From: Squalus acanthias
Taxonomy: Eukaryota
Direction: 5' to 3'
NCBI GenBank assembly: GCA_030390025.1
Contig: JASTWF010001271.1
Coordinates: 1-64,000 of the forward strand
DNA length: 64,000 nt
Shown here one piece after another: positions 47,101-59,800 of the stretch. Within the stretch, counting starts at the first letter, position 1. Each line of letters starts with the position of its first letter. The position numbers and the translations under genes were made by a program. The notes beneath the pieces are model-generated. The model saw nothing but the letters and a program-made list of their open reading frames with translations, made no database searches and was not told where the DNA came from.

Positions 47101-48547
47101 GTGTCAAAAACAGGAAGGCAAATTATTATCTGTATGGCAATAGATTGGGAGAAGGGGAAGTGCAACGAGACCTGGGTGTCCTTGTGCACCAATCGCTGAA
47201 GGTAAGCATGCAGGTGCAGCAGACGGTTAAGAAGACAAATGGTATGTTGGCCTTCGTAGCGAAAGGGTTCGAGTACAGGAACAAGGATGTCTTGCTGCAG
47301 TTGTACAGGGCCTTGGTGAGACCACATCTTGAGTATTGTGTGCAGTTTTGGTCGCCAGAGAGTGGTGAACCTGTGGAATTCTCTACCACAGAAGGCAGTT
47401 GAGGCCAATTCATTAAATATATTCAAGAAGGAGTTAGATATATTTCTTAAAACTAAAGGGATCAAGGGATATGGAGAGAAGGCAGGGACAGGGTACTGAA
47501 TTTGAATGATCAGCCATGATCTCATTGAATGGCGGAGCAGGCTCAAGGGGCTGAATGGCCTACTCCTGCTCCTATCTTCTATGTTTCTATGTTTCTATAT
47601 CCCACCACCAAACGCATCTTCCCCTCACCTCCCCTTTCAGCATTCCGCAGGGCTGCTCCCTCCGCGACACCCTAGTCCACTCCTCTACCACCCCCAGCAC
47701 CCCTTCCCCTTCGCCCGGCACCTTCCCGTGCAAGCGCAGGAGATGCTACACATGCCCTTATACCTCCCCCCTTCCCACTGTCCAGGGCCCCAAACACCCC
47801 TTCCAGGTGAAACAGCGATTTACTTGTACTTCCTGCAATTTAGTATACAGTATTCGCTGCTCACGATGTGGTCTCCTCTATATTGGGGAGACCAAACGCA
47901 GATTGGGTGACCGCTTTGCGGAACACCTCCGTTCAATCCGTAAGGGGGACCCCGAGCTCCCGGTGGCCTGTCACTTTAATTCTCCACTCCACTCCCACTC
48001 AGACCTCACCGTCCTCGGCCTCTTGCATTGTTCCACGGATGCTCAGCGTAAGCTCGAGGAACAGCAGCTCATCTTTCGTTTAGACACCCTACAGCCCTCT
48101 GGACTCAACATAGAGTTCAACAATTTCAGATCATAACCCCGGCCCCTATCACATATATATATATATTTATTTTTTCATCCACCCTTTTGTTTGGCCTTTT
48201 TTTCTTCCCTCCCTGAAGCTGGTAGCTGTCCTTCATTCTGCCAGTGTATTTCACACTTCATCTAGCCTCAACCTGTCACATTACCACCTCCTCTTGCCTT
48301 GAATATCTCTTAATGTCTCTCAATGTCTCTTAATCTCTCCTGCCTTCTATCCCACCACTGACCTTCCCTTTTGTTCTTTCATCCCCTCCCCCTTTTCCCA
48401 GCTTTATACTTGCTTTAAATCTATTTCATTTCCTGCTTTTTTCCAGTTCTGACGAAGGGTCTTTGACCTGAAACATTAACTCTGCTTCTCTCTCCACGGA
48501 TGCTGCCTGGCATGCTGAGTTTTCCCAGCGTTTTCTGTTGTTATTTC
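44173..48547 (+). mobile_element. Penelope-like retroelement 3' part (RT end 44173-44563; GIY-YIG endonuclease and pLTR 47599-48547), split by the CR1
   Basis: YKPTDSHSYLDYTSSHP..LRRICS; NLVYSIRCSRCGLLYIGETKRRL..EH..VACHFN..LGTLQPSGLN-type motif; hammerhead-like motif 48446-48480. Confidence 0.88.
44564..47598 (+). mobile_element. CR1-clade LINE (ORF1 esterase C-terminus, ORF2 endonuclease-RT, internal deletion near 47355) inserted in a Penelope-like element
   Basis: NARSI..ITETW..VYRPP..GDFN..SDHN; NYRPV, QHGF, FADD; 3' tail of tandem ttctatgt repeats. Confidence 0.92.
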
Positions 48548-48831
48548 TGCACACTCTTTGTGGGGAGTTACAGAATTCTGGGGGAGTTTTCAGGACCCTC
48601 ATAATGTCCGGAACGTTACAGTCTTGCTAACCTTATTAAAAGTGCTATCTGGAGGACGGTAACATTCTCGGGTTGTTCCTTTCCTTTAGGGAGAGATAGT
48701 CCGGACCTTTAGACCCAATTAAGCGTCTTTAGGATTCGGCTACCTCAAACTTTAGTTGAAAGTGAACGTCTGAGAAATACACCTGATCCGGGGTAGCCCT
48801 AAAGGGGCTAGGAGTAGTCAATACCCCTTCA
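48548..48831 (+). repeat. Fragment (U5 end) of a second LTR of the same foamy-like family
   Basis: Aligns as reverse complement to 28336-28620 with scattered mismatches and ends at the same CCCTTCA terminus. Confidence 0.85.
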
Positions 48832-50127
48832 GAATTACAGCCCATATTGGGCCTGCATTGGGAGCTCGCAATAAAGCTGTGTTGGAGGGGTAAATTTAAA
48901 AGGATGTGGCTACTTAAAGGTAACTGGCCACATATTGTGGTAAAAATGTTGGTAAACTTTACAGGGCCTGGTAAAATTTTCAATGCATATTTCAGTCTTT
49001 GGGTAACAAAAGTACCTGGAAAATCCCAGTGGCAGCAAAATACATTTGAAGGCAAGAATCCAAGTCTATGTTCAAGTGATGGAACAGCACAACACTCCAA
49101 CCCCTTATTTGATGACTGGCGAAGTGGGATGGTGCAAAATGAAGTGTTAGTGAGGTTGGTGCCCGATTTTCTGTCTAGGTCACCATCCCGATAGGACAGC
49201 ATTGCAGCATCCATGGAAGAAGGCTCCAGCTGACCATTACTGCCATGAACACTGCTGCATTTTAGTTCTGCACCGGGCTCTCTGCTGACCCACAGTCTGT
49301 GGATCTGATTCTGCAAGGTAAGGTCAGCACTCCTCTGTCTCCAAATGTTGGTCGGAGGATACCAGCGGGCGGGCACAGTCTGCCTGGCATCTCCCCATGG
49401 CTCCACCTCTTCTTCCTCAAAAATCATTAATAAAGGAGAATTCCCATTGGGAAACCCGCTGCCCCAATATTGGGGGATGCACCAAAGCAATGGCAGTGTC
49501 GAAAGTCTTGGCTCAAAATTTCCTGACTAACCAAGTGGAAACGTTAAAACAAGTTAAAGAAAGCAAGAGAAGGGTTCAGCAATAGCCTCAAAATGCAGCT
49601 TATTAAATGCACATCTGCAAGCAGGACACCTTAGCAGGGTGGCTCGTGAGATGGGGAAGTGATAATGTAGAGAGAGAGGGATGGGTGGAGGTACAAGGTA
49701 AGTTGGTGTGAGTAAGGATGTGCAGAAGTAGGGTAGGGAAGGCAGAGTGATGGGGATGTGATGGGTGGCACAGCAGGGTGAGGTTGAGTATGGTATTGCA
49801 GTAACATTTCGTGATCTGCTGAGATCATTGAAAGGTTTGCGCCACTGCAGCCTGGTCTTCCTGACGACATCCCTGCTTGTGTCCTCCTGTGCAGTGTGCA
49901 ACCAGGCTGTGTTGGTCTCCTGGGGAAGAAACCGGCTGATGACACGTCATCAAATGATGTCATCAGACGTGCTTCCTGTTAATTGGCTGAGAACCCCGCA
50001 GGGCGGGCTTAACAAGGCCAATCAAGGGAAAATCTTTTTGAGAGAGCGTCTGCATATGGGAGCAGTACCGGAATCCACCATCCAGCTCTCCCACCGCCAT
50101 CCCGCCTCCGCAGGGAAAATCCTGCCC
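48832..50127 (-). mobile_element. PIF/Harbinger transposon remnant (TIR, Myb/SANT-like fragment, possible transposase N-terminus)
   Basis: TIR gggcaggattttccc; VVRKTRLQWRKPFNDLSRSR resembles the trihelix RTxxQCRKRFNDL motif; RWYPP..RQR..HRLWVSRE weakly resembles Harbinger transposase; truncated mirror copy at 43922-44172. Confidence 0.55.
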
Positions 50128-50444
50128 TTTGTGTCCTCCTCACATATTTTACCCAAAACATTGCTACACTTTTCTACACATATAAAGCTGGATGTGACCC
50201 ATTTGGAAACAACCTAGTGCATCCTATCCCACCATGTAATGTCCTCCCTCATATTAGATACTGCAGTCTATTGTCCATTTTGGAATATCTCCCTGGTTAT
50301 AATCTACATACACTTCACTTGGAGTGTATGAGAGAACATTGAGCAACAGAAACTGTTACTTCACTCCAACTCCTTACTAGATAGGGAGATGACTCAACTA
50401 ATGATGGAAGGTGTCCAGATAATGCAGTCAATAATGAAAGTTTC

Positions 50445-51936
50445 ATAGAAACATAGAAACATAGAAGATAGGAGCAGGAGTAGGCCATTCGGCCTATCGA
50501 GCCTGCTCCGCCATTCAATGCGATCATGGCTGATCATCAAAATTCAGTACCCTGTCCCTGCTTTCTCCCCATATCCCTTGATGCCTTTAGCCTTAAGAAA
50601 TATATCTAACTCCTTCTTGAATATATTTATTCAATTGGACTCAACTGTCTTCTGTTGTAGAGAATTCCACAGGTTCACCACTCTCTGGGTGAAGAAATTC
50701 TTCCTCATCTCAGTCCTAAATGGCTTACCCTTTATCCTTAGACTGTGACCCCTGGTTCTGGACTCCCCCACCATCGGGAACATCCTTCCTGCATCTAGTC
50801 TGTCTAGTCCTGTTAGAATTTTATAAGTTTCAATGAGATCCCCTCTCATTCTTCTAAACTCTAGCGAATACAAGCCCAATCGACCCAATCTCTCTTCATA
50901 CGTCATTCCTGCCATCCCAAGTATCAGTCTGGTGAATCTTCGCTGCACTCTCTCCATGGCAAGAACATCCTTCCTCAGATAAGGCGACCAAAACTGCACA
51001 CAATACTCAAGGTGTGGTCTCACCAAGGCCCTGTACAACTGCAGCAAGACATCCTTGCTCCTGTACTCGAATCCTCTCGCTACGAAGGCCAACATACCAT
51101 TTGTCTTCTTAACCGCCTGCTGCACCTGCATGCTTACCTTCAGCGACTGGTGCACAAGGACACCCAGGTCTCTTTGCACTTCCCCTTTTCCCAATCTATT
51201 GCCATTCAGATAATAATCTGCCTTCCTGTTTTTGCCACCGAAGTGGATAACCGCGCATTTATCCACATTATACTGCATCTGTCATGCATCTGCCCAATCA
51301 CCCAACCTGTCCAAATCATACTGGAGTTTCTCTGCATCCTCCTCACAGCACACACGCCCACCCAGCTTTGTGTTGTCTGCAAACTGGGAGATATTACATC
51401 TAGTTCCCTAGTCTAGATCATTAATATATATTGTGAGTAACTGTGGTCCTAGCACCGATCCCTGCAGTACCCCACTAGTCACTGCCTGCCACTCAGAAAA
51501 AGACCCATTTATTCCAACTCTTTGCTTCCAGACTGCCAACCAGTTTTCTATCCAAGACAGTACCTTACCCCCAATCCCATGTGCTTTAACTTTGCACGCT
51601 AATCTCTTATGCGGGACCTTATCGAAAGCCTTCTGAAAGTCCAAATACACCACATCCACTGGTTCTCCCTTATCTATTCTACCAGTTACATCCTCAAAAA
51701 TTTCCAGTAGATTAGTCAAGCATGATTTACCTTTTGTAAATCCATGTTGACTTTGTCCGATCCTGTCACTGTTTCCAAGTGCTCTGCTATTACATCTTTT
51801 AAAATGGACTCTAGCATTTTCCCCACTACCGACGTCAGGCTTACCGGTCTATAATTCCCCATTTTCTCTCTACCACCTTTTTTAAATAGTGGGGTTACAT
51901 TAGCTACCCTCCAATCCATGGGAACTGTTCCAGAGT
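50445..51936 (-). mobile_element. 5'-truncated CR1 LINE present only in the right palindrome arm
   Basis: RT fragments in ORFs 51408..51719 and 50631..51278; tail (catagaaa)n; the empty site gagacataggaaactttcatt is intact at ~43596-43616 in the left arm. Confidence 0.92.
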
Positions 51937-54900
51937 TCCTATGTCTCAGCAGGAGGAGGCTGCTTTTAACAGAAGGCAGGTCACCGATATCAGAAGTGGA
52001 GCTGCTACAGCTTGTACATGACCTGTGACCTTCGCAAAACCCAGAAATGAAAGCGTGGGTCATCATGATGTCAGAGCTCGACAAAAAAGATCGATTCATT
52101 TGAATGCAAATTAGATAGATATTTTTCTGGAAACAGTATTTTGGGATACAATATATAATTAAATATAGGAGTGTCAGCCAGTGGCTCAGTTGGTAGCACT
52201 CTCTCGGTGGGAGGGGCTAGGAGTAAGCAGGTGCTGCTGGTTGCTTGATTGCTGCAGGGAGTTGGAGTGAACTGGTAAACAGTTGGTGGTGTTTTGGAAG
52301 GGAGAGAAAAAGGCTCAAAGATTTGAGCTGGGATCCTAGGAGGTTTGGAAAAGAAAACACGGTGGTGGTTCAGTGCGTGGATAAGGAGATACAAGCTTGG
52401 GATATTATCCAAGCGGTACATGAGGACTGTGGCTAGGGAAGCTGCTTTGTCTGCCGACCAAAGCCGAATGTTGGGTTCAAGGTGGCGGTCAGTGGCCGAG
52501 AGGAGGTGCAAAGACTTTAACTGAGTTTGAAGGTTGGTGACAAGTTCTTGGAGGTATCTGTGCTATATTCAGAAGAGGTGGTGGTCTCATTCTTAAACTT
52601 GCCGGTTTATATTGAGGACGATGTGCTGATCAAAAAGTTGGAGTCGTGGGAGAGTAAAATTTGCTCGGCAATAAAGAGGAGATACTATCCAGGAACATGG
52701 GTAGCAGATGGAACCCGTTACGTAAAGGTGCGGTTTCCAGAGGGGGTGAAGTCTTTACCGTACAGCATGAAATTCGAGACAATGGAAGGAGTGCAGTACT
52801 TCCGAGTACTGCATGATAACCAAGTGAAGGTTTGTTATTATTGTCTTGGACACGACCATCTTGTAAGAAACAGTCTGGACTTGTACTGTTATAATTGCAG
52901 CGAGTCTGGACACATCGCTCGGATCTGCAAGGCGGAGAGCTGTGGGGTGTGTCACAAAGGCCCCACCCGCTGTGAGTATGAGGCAGAAGGAAGCTCTATG
53001 AGTGATGAGGAGATGGGAGAAGGAGCAGGAGGTGTGAGTGGAACGGCCGGAGGAGCGGAGCAGTCGGAGGGCACAGCTGGTGAATTAAAGGAGAAAAGAG
53101 CACAGGAAGAGGCAGAAAATTGCGGAACAGAGAACAGGATGGAGATGGTGGAAAACACACCAAGTACAGTGGAAAAGAACAAAGACGGCAGAGGGCAGCA
53201 CGGGTCGAGGGCAGAGTCGAGCCATAATACGGTTCAGCTCTCCCTAAAGAATCTGGTGTCTGCGGGGGGAGAGGAGGCGGGAGCGGGGTGCGTGGTAAAT
53301 GTAAGTATTCCAAAGAAAGATGGGGAGCCGGACATCTCGGTGAGCAGGAGGGGGCAAGACAAGGAGAGGGTGCAAGAGGCAGGAGCCTTAAAGGGGCAGC
53401 AGGACGGGAGCGGCGAGTCAAAGACGCCAGAAGGGAGCAATATAGGTGCGCCATTGTCCCAGAGAGAGAAGGATCAGGGAGCAAGGTTCAGCGGTGGAGA
53501 TGAGGTCGAAGGGAGCGACACTGTTGGAGAAGCCGCAATAGCAGGAAGACTCTCTATGGGAGATGATGTTTCTGACGGGGAACAGGATTATGTATCTGAC
53601 GGGGAGCAGGCACAGAAGGTTACAGAAGAGCTTGAGAGTGAGGAATTAGAGGGGGACAGGGACATGGAAGTAGGTGGTGAGGTGGCATCATGTGGAAAGG
53701 GAAAGGTTAGTGAGGGGCAGAAGGAGGGAGAAGGGGCAGCTCCTTGGCCCAAACTTAATGCAAGGAAGAGGTTGAAACAGCAGGGAAGGTTCAAACAGGA
53801 GGTGAAAAAGAGCCGGAGGCTGCAAGAAAAAGCAACAGCTGGCCAACAAGTTGGGAAGAAGCATGATGGGGAGATTATCAGGTATACATTGGTCTGGATT
53901 AATGTGAATGGACTGAGGGGTGAGAAGAAATTGCAGCAGTTGTTGCAGTGTTTTAAAGGCACTGACTTGTTGTGTCTGCAAGAAACCTTTTGGGATGAGG
54001 GTGAGGATATCCTAGAAAGAGTTCGGAAGGTTTGGAAGGGAGAGGTGTTTGCAAGTTGTGCAAACAATAACCGTAGAGGGGTGGCTGTTTTGTTGAGTCC
54101 GTCCAAAAAAGAGAACGTTGCCTTGGTGGACAAGGACACTGAGGGGAGATTTTTACGGCTAATGGTAAAAACGGAGGAATTTAATTGCAATCTCTTTAAT
54201 ATCTATGCACCAAACGACCATTGCAAGCGTCGCCAGTTTTTTCGGGGGTTATTCACTGAAGTGGCAGAGGTGGAAAATCCTTGTATAGTGGGGGATTTTA
54301 ATGTATTTTTATCTCGGATGGACATTTCAGCCCAGATGAACTTTAAGGATGATAACTCCAGAGGGATGATTGTAAATATGATGGCAAATTTAAATTTGAG
54401 AGACTTATGGAGGGACCGGAACCCCATAAAAAGGGAGTTCTCCAGAACAGGTTGGGTGGGTGATGTTTTAAAACAGAGCCGAATAAATTTTGTGTTAATG
54501 CGGGAAGGGTTAAGTTCTGAGGTGATGGAGGTTTATTATAAAAAAGTATTTTTTAGTGACCACTCGGCTTTGGTTCTTAGAATTAGGAACAGCAGAGTTA
54601 AGATCGGTTCAGGGGTGTGAATTTTAAATAATCAATACCTGAAAGAAATTGCTTATAAAGAAGGGATTTTAAATATAATAAAGAATGCTCGGAAGGAACC
54701 TTTGTTCTTGAAAGAAAGAAGAGTTTGGTGGGACAATTTCAAATATGAGGTAAAAGTTTTTTCGGTACGTTATGGGAAAAAGAGAGCGGCAGCTAACCGG
54801 GGTCGAGAAGAGAATATAAACCAAAGGTTTACGGATGTCTGTAAAGCAGTTGACGGAGGGGCTAAGGGAGCTGATACTAAGTTCCAGGTGTTAAAGGAAG

Positions 54901-55852
54901 AGTGGGAATTATTGCAAGCTGAAAAATGCAAGGGGGCCATTCTCCGTGCAAAGGCTAAAGATGCATTGGTGGGCGAAAGATGCAATAGAGCAAGAGTAGT
55001 TGCGACAGAGATTATCATTAATTGGAGAGTTGAAGGTTGGGGAGAAGATCATTCATGAAAGTGGGGAGATTTTAGAGGCGGCTAGCAGCATTTATCAAGA
55101 GTTATATACAAAAGAAGACATTTCCAATTTGGCGATGGAGAAGGTTAGTGCTTTTATTGAAGAGGGTTTAAAGGAGGATGAGAGAAGCATGTGTGACAAA
55201 GAAGTAGGATTAGTGGAAATAAAAGTAGCAATAAGTGGAATGAAGGGGGGAAAAGCCCAGGGTCCGATGGACTAAGTGCAGAATTTAATAAAGAATTTTT
55301 TGAGATTTGAAGTCCATTGCTCTTAGAAGTTTTTAAGGAAATTAAAATTGAGGGAAGCCTGGCCCCATCGATGAGGAGAGGTGTCATAAGCTTAGCTTAT
55401 AAAAATAAAGGGGATAGAAGGGATCTGAAGAATTGGAGGCCCATCACATTATTAAATGTGGATTATAAGATCGTGGTGAGGGTTATGGCAAATCGTATGA
55501 AGGAGGTGTTGCCACAGATAGTTTTGCCCTCTCAGTCCTATGGAGTCATAGGCCGGGACATCGCAGACTCTGTGGTCTCAATCTGAGATGCGATAGAGCT
55601 CATGGAAGAGAGTGGGAGGGAGGCTTATGTTTTAAAGATAGATCAAGAGAAAGCCTTTGATAGGGTCTTTTCTCATGAGTTTTTATTGAAGGTTTTGGAA
55701 GCATTTGGTTTTGGGGAAAATTTCATTGAGTGGATAAGGATTTTTTATTCAAACATATTTAGCTGTGTTAAATGTAATGGTTTTTTTATCCAAGTATTTT
55801 CTGATACAGAAGTCAGTGAGACAGGGTTGGCCCCTGTCCCCATTGTTGTACA

Positions 55853-56056
55853 AAATTGAGAGGTCGCACAACACCAGGTTATAGTCCAACAGTTTTATTT
55901 GAAATCACAAGCTTTCGGAGCTATCGCTCCTTCCTCAGGTGAAGCGATAGCTCCGAAAGCTTGTGATTTCAAATAAAACTGTTGGACTATAACCTGGTGT
56001 TGTGCGACCTCTCAATTTTGTCCACCCCAGTCCAACACCGGCATCTCCGCATCATG
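55853..56056. mobile_element. Penelope-type tail-to-tail pLTR mini-insertion inside Tx1 ORF2
   Basis: Perfect 79-bp inverted repeat 55850-55928/55943-56021; 14-bp TSD cccattgttgtaca at 55839-55852 and 56057-56070. Confidence 0.88.
55906..55941 (-). ncRNA. Minimal type-I hammerhead ribozyme motif (second Penelope family)
   Basis: CAC-CUGAGGA-AGGAGC GAUA GCUCC-GAAA-GC-UU-GUG; palindromic AAGCUU. Confidence 0.7.
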
Positions 56057-56517
56057 CCCATTGTTGTACACATTGGTAGCAGAACCTTTAGGTTACATGA
56101 TGCAAAAGAACCAAGGTGTAGTTGGGATTGTGGTTCCCAGTTCGGGCTGGTGTCGGTGATACACCAATATGCAGATGATACAACCTTAACATTGAGAAAT
56201 GCGGAGTCAGTGAGAAAAGCTATGGACATAGTGGAGGGGTATTGTAGAGCTTCAGGAACCAGAGTGAATTATAGTAAGTCTCAATGCCTGGTTACAGGAA
56301 GGGGTAGGGAGGAATGGTTGGAGGAAAGTCCCTTTAAGGTGGTGGAGGTTTCGGAAGTTCTGGGGATGCATATGGGGTGCAAGAAAGACAGGGATGAAGT
56401 GGGTCGATTAAATTGGGAACCAAAGGTTATGAAAATTAAAAAGATTTTGGAAAGATGGGAAAGAAGGTGGTTGAAAGTGCAAGGAAGAGCGACAGTGGTG
56501 TCCGCTCTCCTGTTATC

Positions 56518-56806
56518 ACAGAATCACAGAATCCCCACAGTGCAGATAGAGGCTATTTCGGCCCATCGAGCCTGCACCGACACATATCCCACCCTATCCC
56601 TGTAACCCCACGTATTTAAACCCCCGTAACACTAAGGGTCAATTTATCAATGCCAAATCAACCTAACCCGCACATCTTTGGACTGTGGGAGGAAACCGGA
56701 GCACCCGGAGGAAACCCACGCAGACACAGGGAGAATGTGCAAACTCCACACAGACAGTCACCCGAGGCCGGATTCGAACCCAGGTCCCTGGCGCTGTGAG
56801 GCAACA
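56518..56806 (-). mobile_element. HE1/V-SINE-like SINE inside Tx1 ORF2
   Basis: B-box GGTTCGAATCC and V-domain gtgtggagtttgcacattctcc on -; TSD gttatc at 56512-56517 and 56807-56812. Confidence 0.8.
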
Positions 56807-59800
56807 GTTATCTAAGCTATAGTACTTATTGACGGTGGAGGATATTCCCGAGTGAGCGGAAAAGACCATCCGAGAGGCTAATGTGAGGTTTTCATGGGAA
56901 GGAAAACCAGCCTTGGTTGCTTACAATACCATTATTGGACGGAGAAATCAGGGACGACTCAATCTCCCAGATATTGATTTGAAGAAAAAATCCTTTAGAA
57001 TCAAATGGGTGAGGAGATTTCTTCAGAAGTCAAATACAAGTTTTTGGAAGAGTTGTTTCGAACTTTGTTTAAAACCAAGTGGGATAGGAGGGCAGGGGAT
57101 ATTGTATATGGAATACAATAATATGTTTTTGAAATCGATTAAACCTCTGCCTAGGTTTTATAAGGGGGTTGTCGAGACTTGGGCCCAATTTTTAAAAAGT
57201 GTGCAGTTTATGCCCAAGGGGGCTGAGGAATTTTTTGAACAGCCCTTATTTTTGAACAGGTGGGTCAACATTGAAGGAGAGGTATTATTTAATCAAGCTT
57301 TTATAAAAGCTGGTATTATATATGTGAAAGATTTATTATACGAGGTAATTCCAGGTTGGTTGCCGGAAGCGATAGTGAGGGTCATGGTGTGGGAGGAGGA
57401 TCAGCAGGTTGAGGAAAAAGCAATAGGGATCATGTATGAGAAGATTGTGAGGGCAATGCCACAGGATTGGATGGAAGAAATAAATGCGGAAATCTCCAAA
57501 GGAAGTAAAATGCGTCCCGCTTTTCCAAGCTTTCTGCTGGAGAAAGGGGGAGAGTTGGTCCAATTTGACAACTGTAATACTCGAGATTTCTATGAGGTAT
57601 TTAGACAATGGAGATTCAAGACACCTGCTGGTCAGGAGTTTTGGCAGAGTATATACCCACAGCTGGACTTCAGCAGGATTTGGAAGGGAGTGTGGGTGAA
57701 TTTTAAATGTCCAGAGTGGATTGAACTGGATTTCAAATTGGCTCATAACCGGATTTTTACCATGACGGTCTTGTGTAAGATTGGACGAGTGGAGGGGGCA
57801 AGTTGCCCAGTTTGTGGGACACGGGATGAGACTCTGTCCCATTTACTGGTGTTATGTCCGCAGTTAAATGATTTTAAGTACTATGTTCGACAGTTGTGAG
57901 AAGTTTATTTGCTGGGTGGGGACCGAAGAGCGAGAAGGGGAATCCCGTGGGACTCAATTTTGAGATGGGGATTGCAGGAGAGTCTGCCAGAGGCTAGCAG
58001 AGCGGCAATTAATTTAATGTTCAGTTTGGTTAGATTCGTGATTGTGATGAGGGGAGGAGAATCAATCTAAAAGAGTACTTTAAATATAAGCTAAAAGATC
58101 ATTATAAGGCTCTGTGGATGTTTTATTCAGAAAGGAATTTAAAGATAGTATCTCACAATCAATTTTTAAAGTACAATCAATTAATATATGTTACGGGAGA
58201 GAAATTAAACTTCAGGTTTTGATAATATGTGGTGGAGGAATGGCTGTGCAGAGCGGCGGAATTGATTTGTATGATACAATGGAATGAACACGATGTTGTA
58301 AATGTTCATAATCTTCAATAAAGAATATAATAAAAAAGAAGAAAAAAGTTGGTAGCACCCTCACCTCTGAGTCAAGAAGGGTTGTGGGTTCAAGTCCCAC
58401 TCCAGGACATGAGCACAATAAATCTAGGCTGACACTCCAGTGCAGTACTTCCGCTGCACAGCCGGAGATGCCGTCTTTTGGATGAGGCGTTAAACCGAGG
58501 CCCCGTCTGCTCTCTCAGGTGGACGTAAAAGATACCATGGCACTCTTTTAAAGAAGAGCAGGGGAGTTATCCCCGGTGTCCTGGCCAATATTTATCCCTC
58601 AACCAACATCACTAAAGCAGGTTATCTGGTCATTATCACATTGCTGTTTGCGGGACCTTGCTGTGCGCAAATTGGCTGCCGTTTTTCCTACATTACAACA
58701 GTGACTCCACTTCAAAAAGTATTTCATTGGCTGTGAAGTGCTTTGGGACGTCCGATGGTCGTGAAAGGTGCTGTATAAATGCAATCTTCCCTTTCTTTCT
58801 TTTAATTTGAGACATGACATGGTAAGTCTAGCATGCTTTGGGTGACTTTGGACTTCTGGGGTTTGAAATTGGGCCGTGTTGCGCCTATTTTACGCCCATA
58901 AAGAGGATGCAACGAGGTCCACTTTTGGAGACCAATGTCCTGGGCCCCAAGGATGCCTGAAAAAACGTCCCATCCAAACTTGGGCCAAGCCATTTTGCAG
59001 TCGTCCCTGGTGTCCGCCTGAAACAGGCGGTAAGCCCCACACGTATGTAAATGGGGGCAAGACAGTCGCTGGCAGCTCACTCAGATTATTCAGATGAGGC
59101 CCGAGGGCTGATGAGTTTGTAACTGAAGTGCGGTGCAGCCCACATCCCCACCCACAATCAGAGCTAACAAAAACAGTAACAACAGAAAAAATGTTTGCAA
59201 TACTTCTAAGTTTATTGTCTTTTTGTTTTTGCTCAGCTGCTGTAATAAAAAGATGAAAGTTCCCCCCAAAAAAGACAGAAAATACCTGGCATACACCAAC
59301 AAGGTGAAATCACGGTGCATGACATTAGTAACAAACACAATGGGGATAATTGTCACCTTCACTCTCTGGGCGGGTGAACTCCCGCCCGCCATTTCTGTAA
59401 ATCGGGCAGGTTCTATCGCGAAGGGCAATGCCGTTCGCCAATCTACCGCCCAAGCCGTGCAGGTGGAAAGTCCCCGCCATGTGTTCGCTTGAAGATCCTT
59501 TATCTGCTGCTTTCAGAGTGATTAACACGTCTGTTCATGATGGACAGAGGAATTTCAGACAAACACATTCATGTGTTTTACTAACATCATACAGCGTGCT
59601 TTCCACCCACAAGTCTGGATTCACTACAGAGGCAAACACCTAAAATGGAGATGTCTTTTGACTCTGGAATGGATCATTGTTCATACAATCAATTGCACAT
59701 AGCAGTGAAAGTTCAGTCCAACGTTCAGGCAGGTCCTCATTTAGGGTTCAAGGCAAGAGGAAGGAGAAAAAAATATAGGAGTGCATCTACAAAGCGGTTT

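Larger units (their letters stand above)
52204..58347 (+). mobile_element. Near full-length Tx1-clade (L1 group) non-LTR retrotransposon, degenerate
   Basis: ORF1 with GTRYVKV and CCHC knuckle CYNCSESGHIARIC; APE endonuclease (NVNGL, LQET, NIYAPN, GDFN, SDH); RT (NWRPITLLN.DYK, DQEKAFDRV, YADD); C-terminal CPVC..ETLSHL..C; AATAAA plus A-rich tail; ~15-bp TSD gttggtagcac(t/c)ctc at 52189-52203 and 58348-58362. Confidence 0.93.

Noticed and set aside
48832-48853. Possible tRNA-Lys primer-binding site after the second LTR fragment
   Set aside because: Only about 11 of 18 matches to TGGCGCCCAACGTGGGGC, no TGG start, and no gag-like sequence follows.
48729-49490. 253-aa ORF as a novel gene
   Set aside because: It spans a Harbinger-like remnant and the antisense LTR fragment, starts at a non-ATG codon and has no coherent domain.
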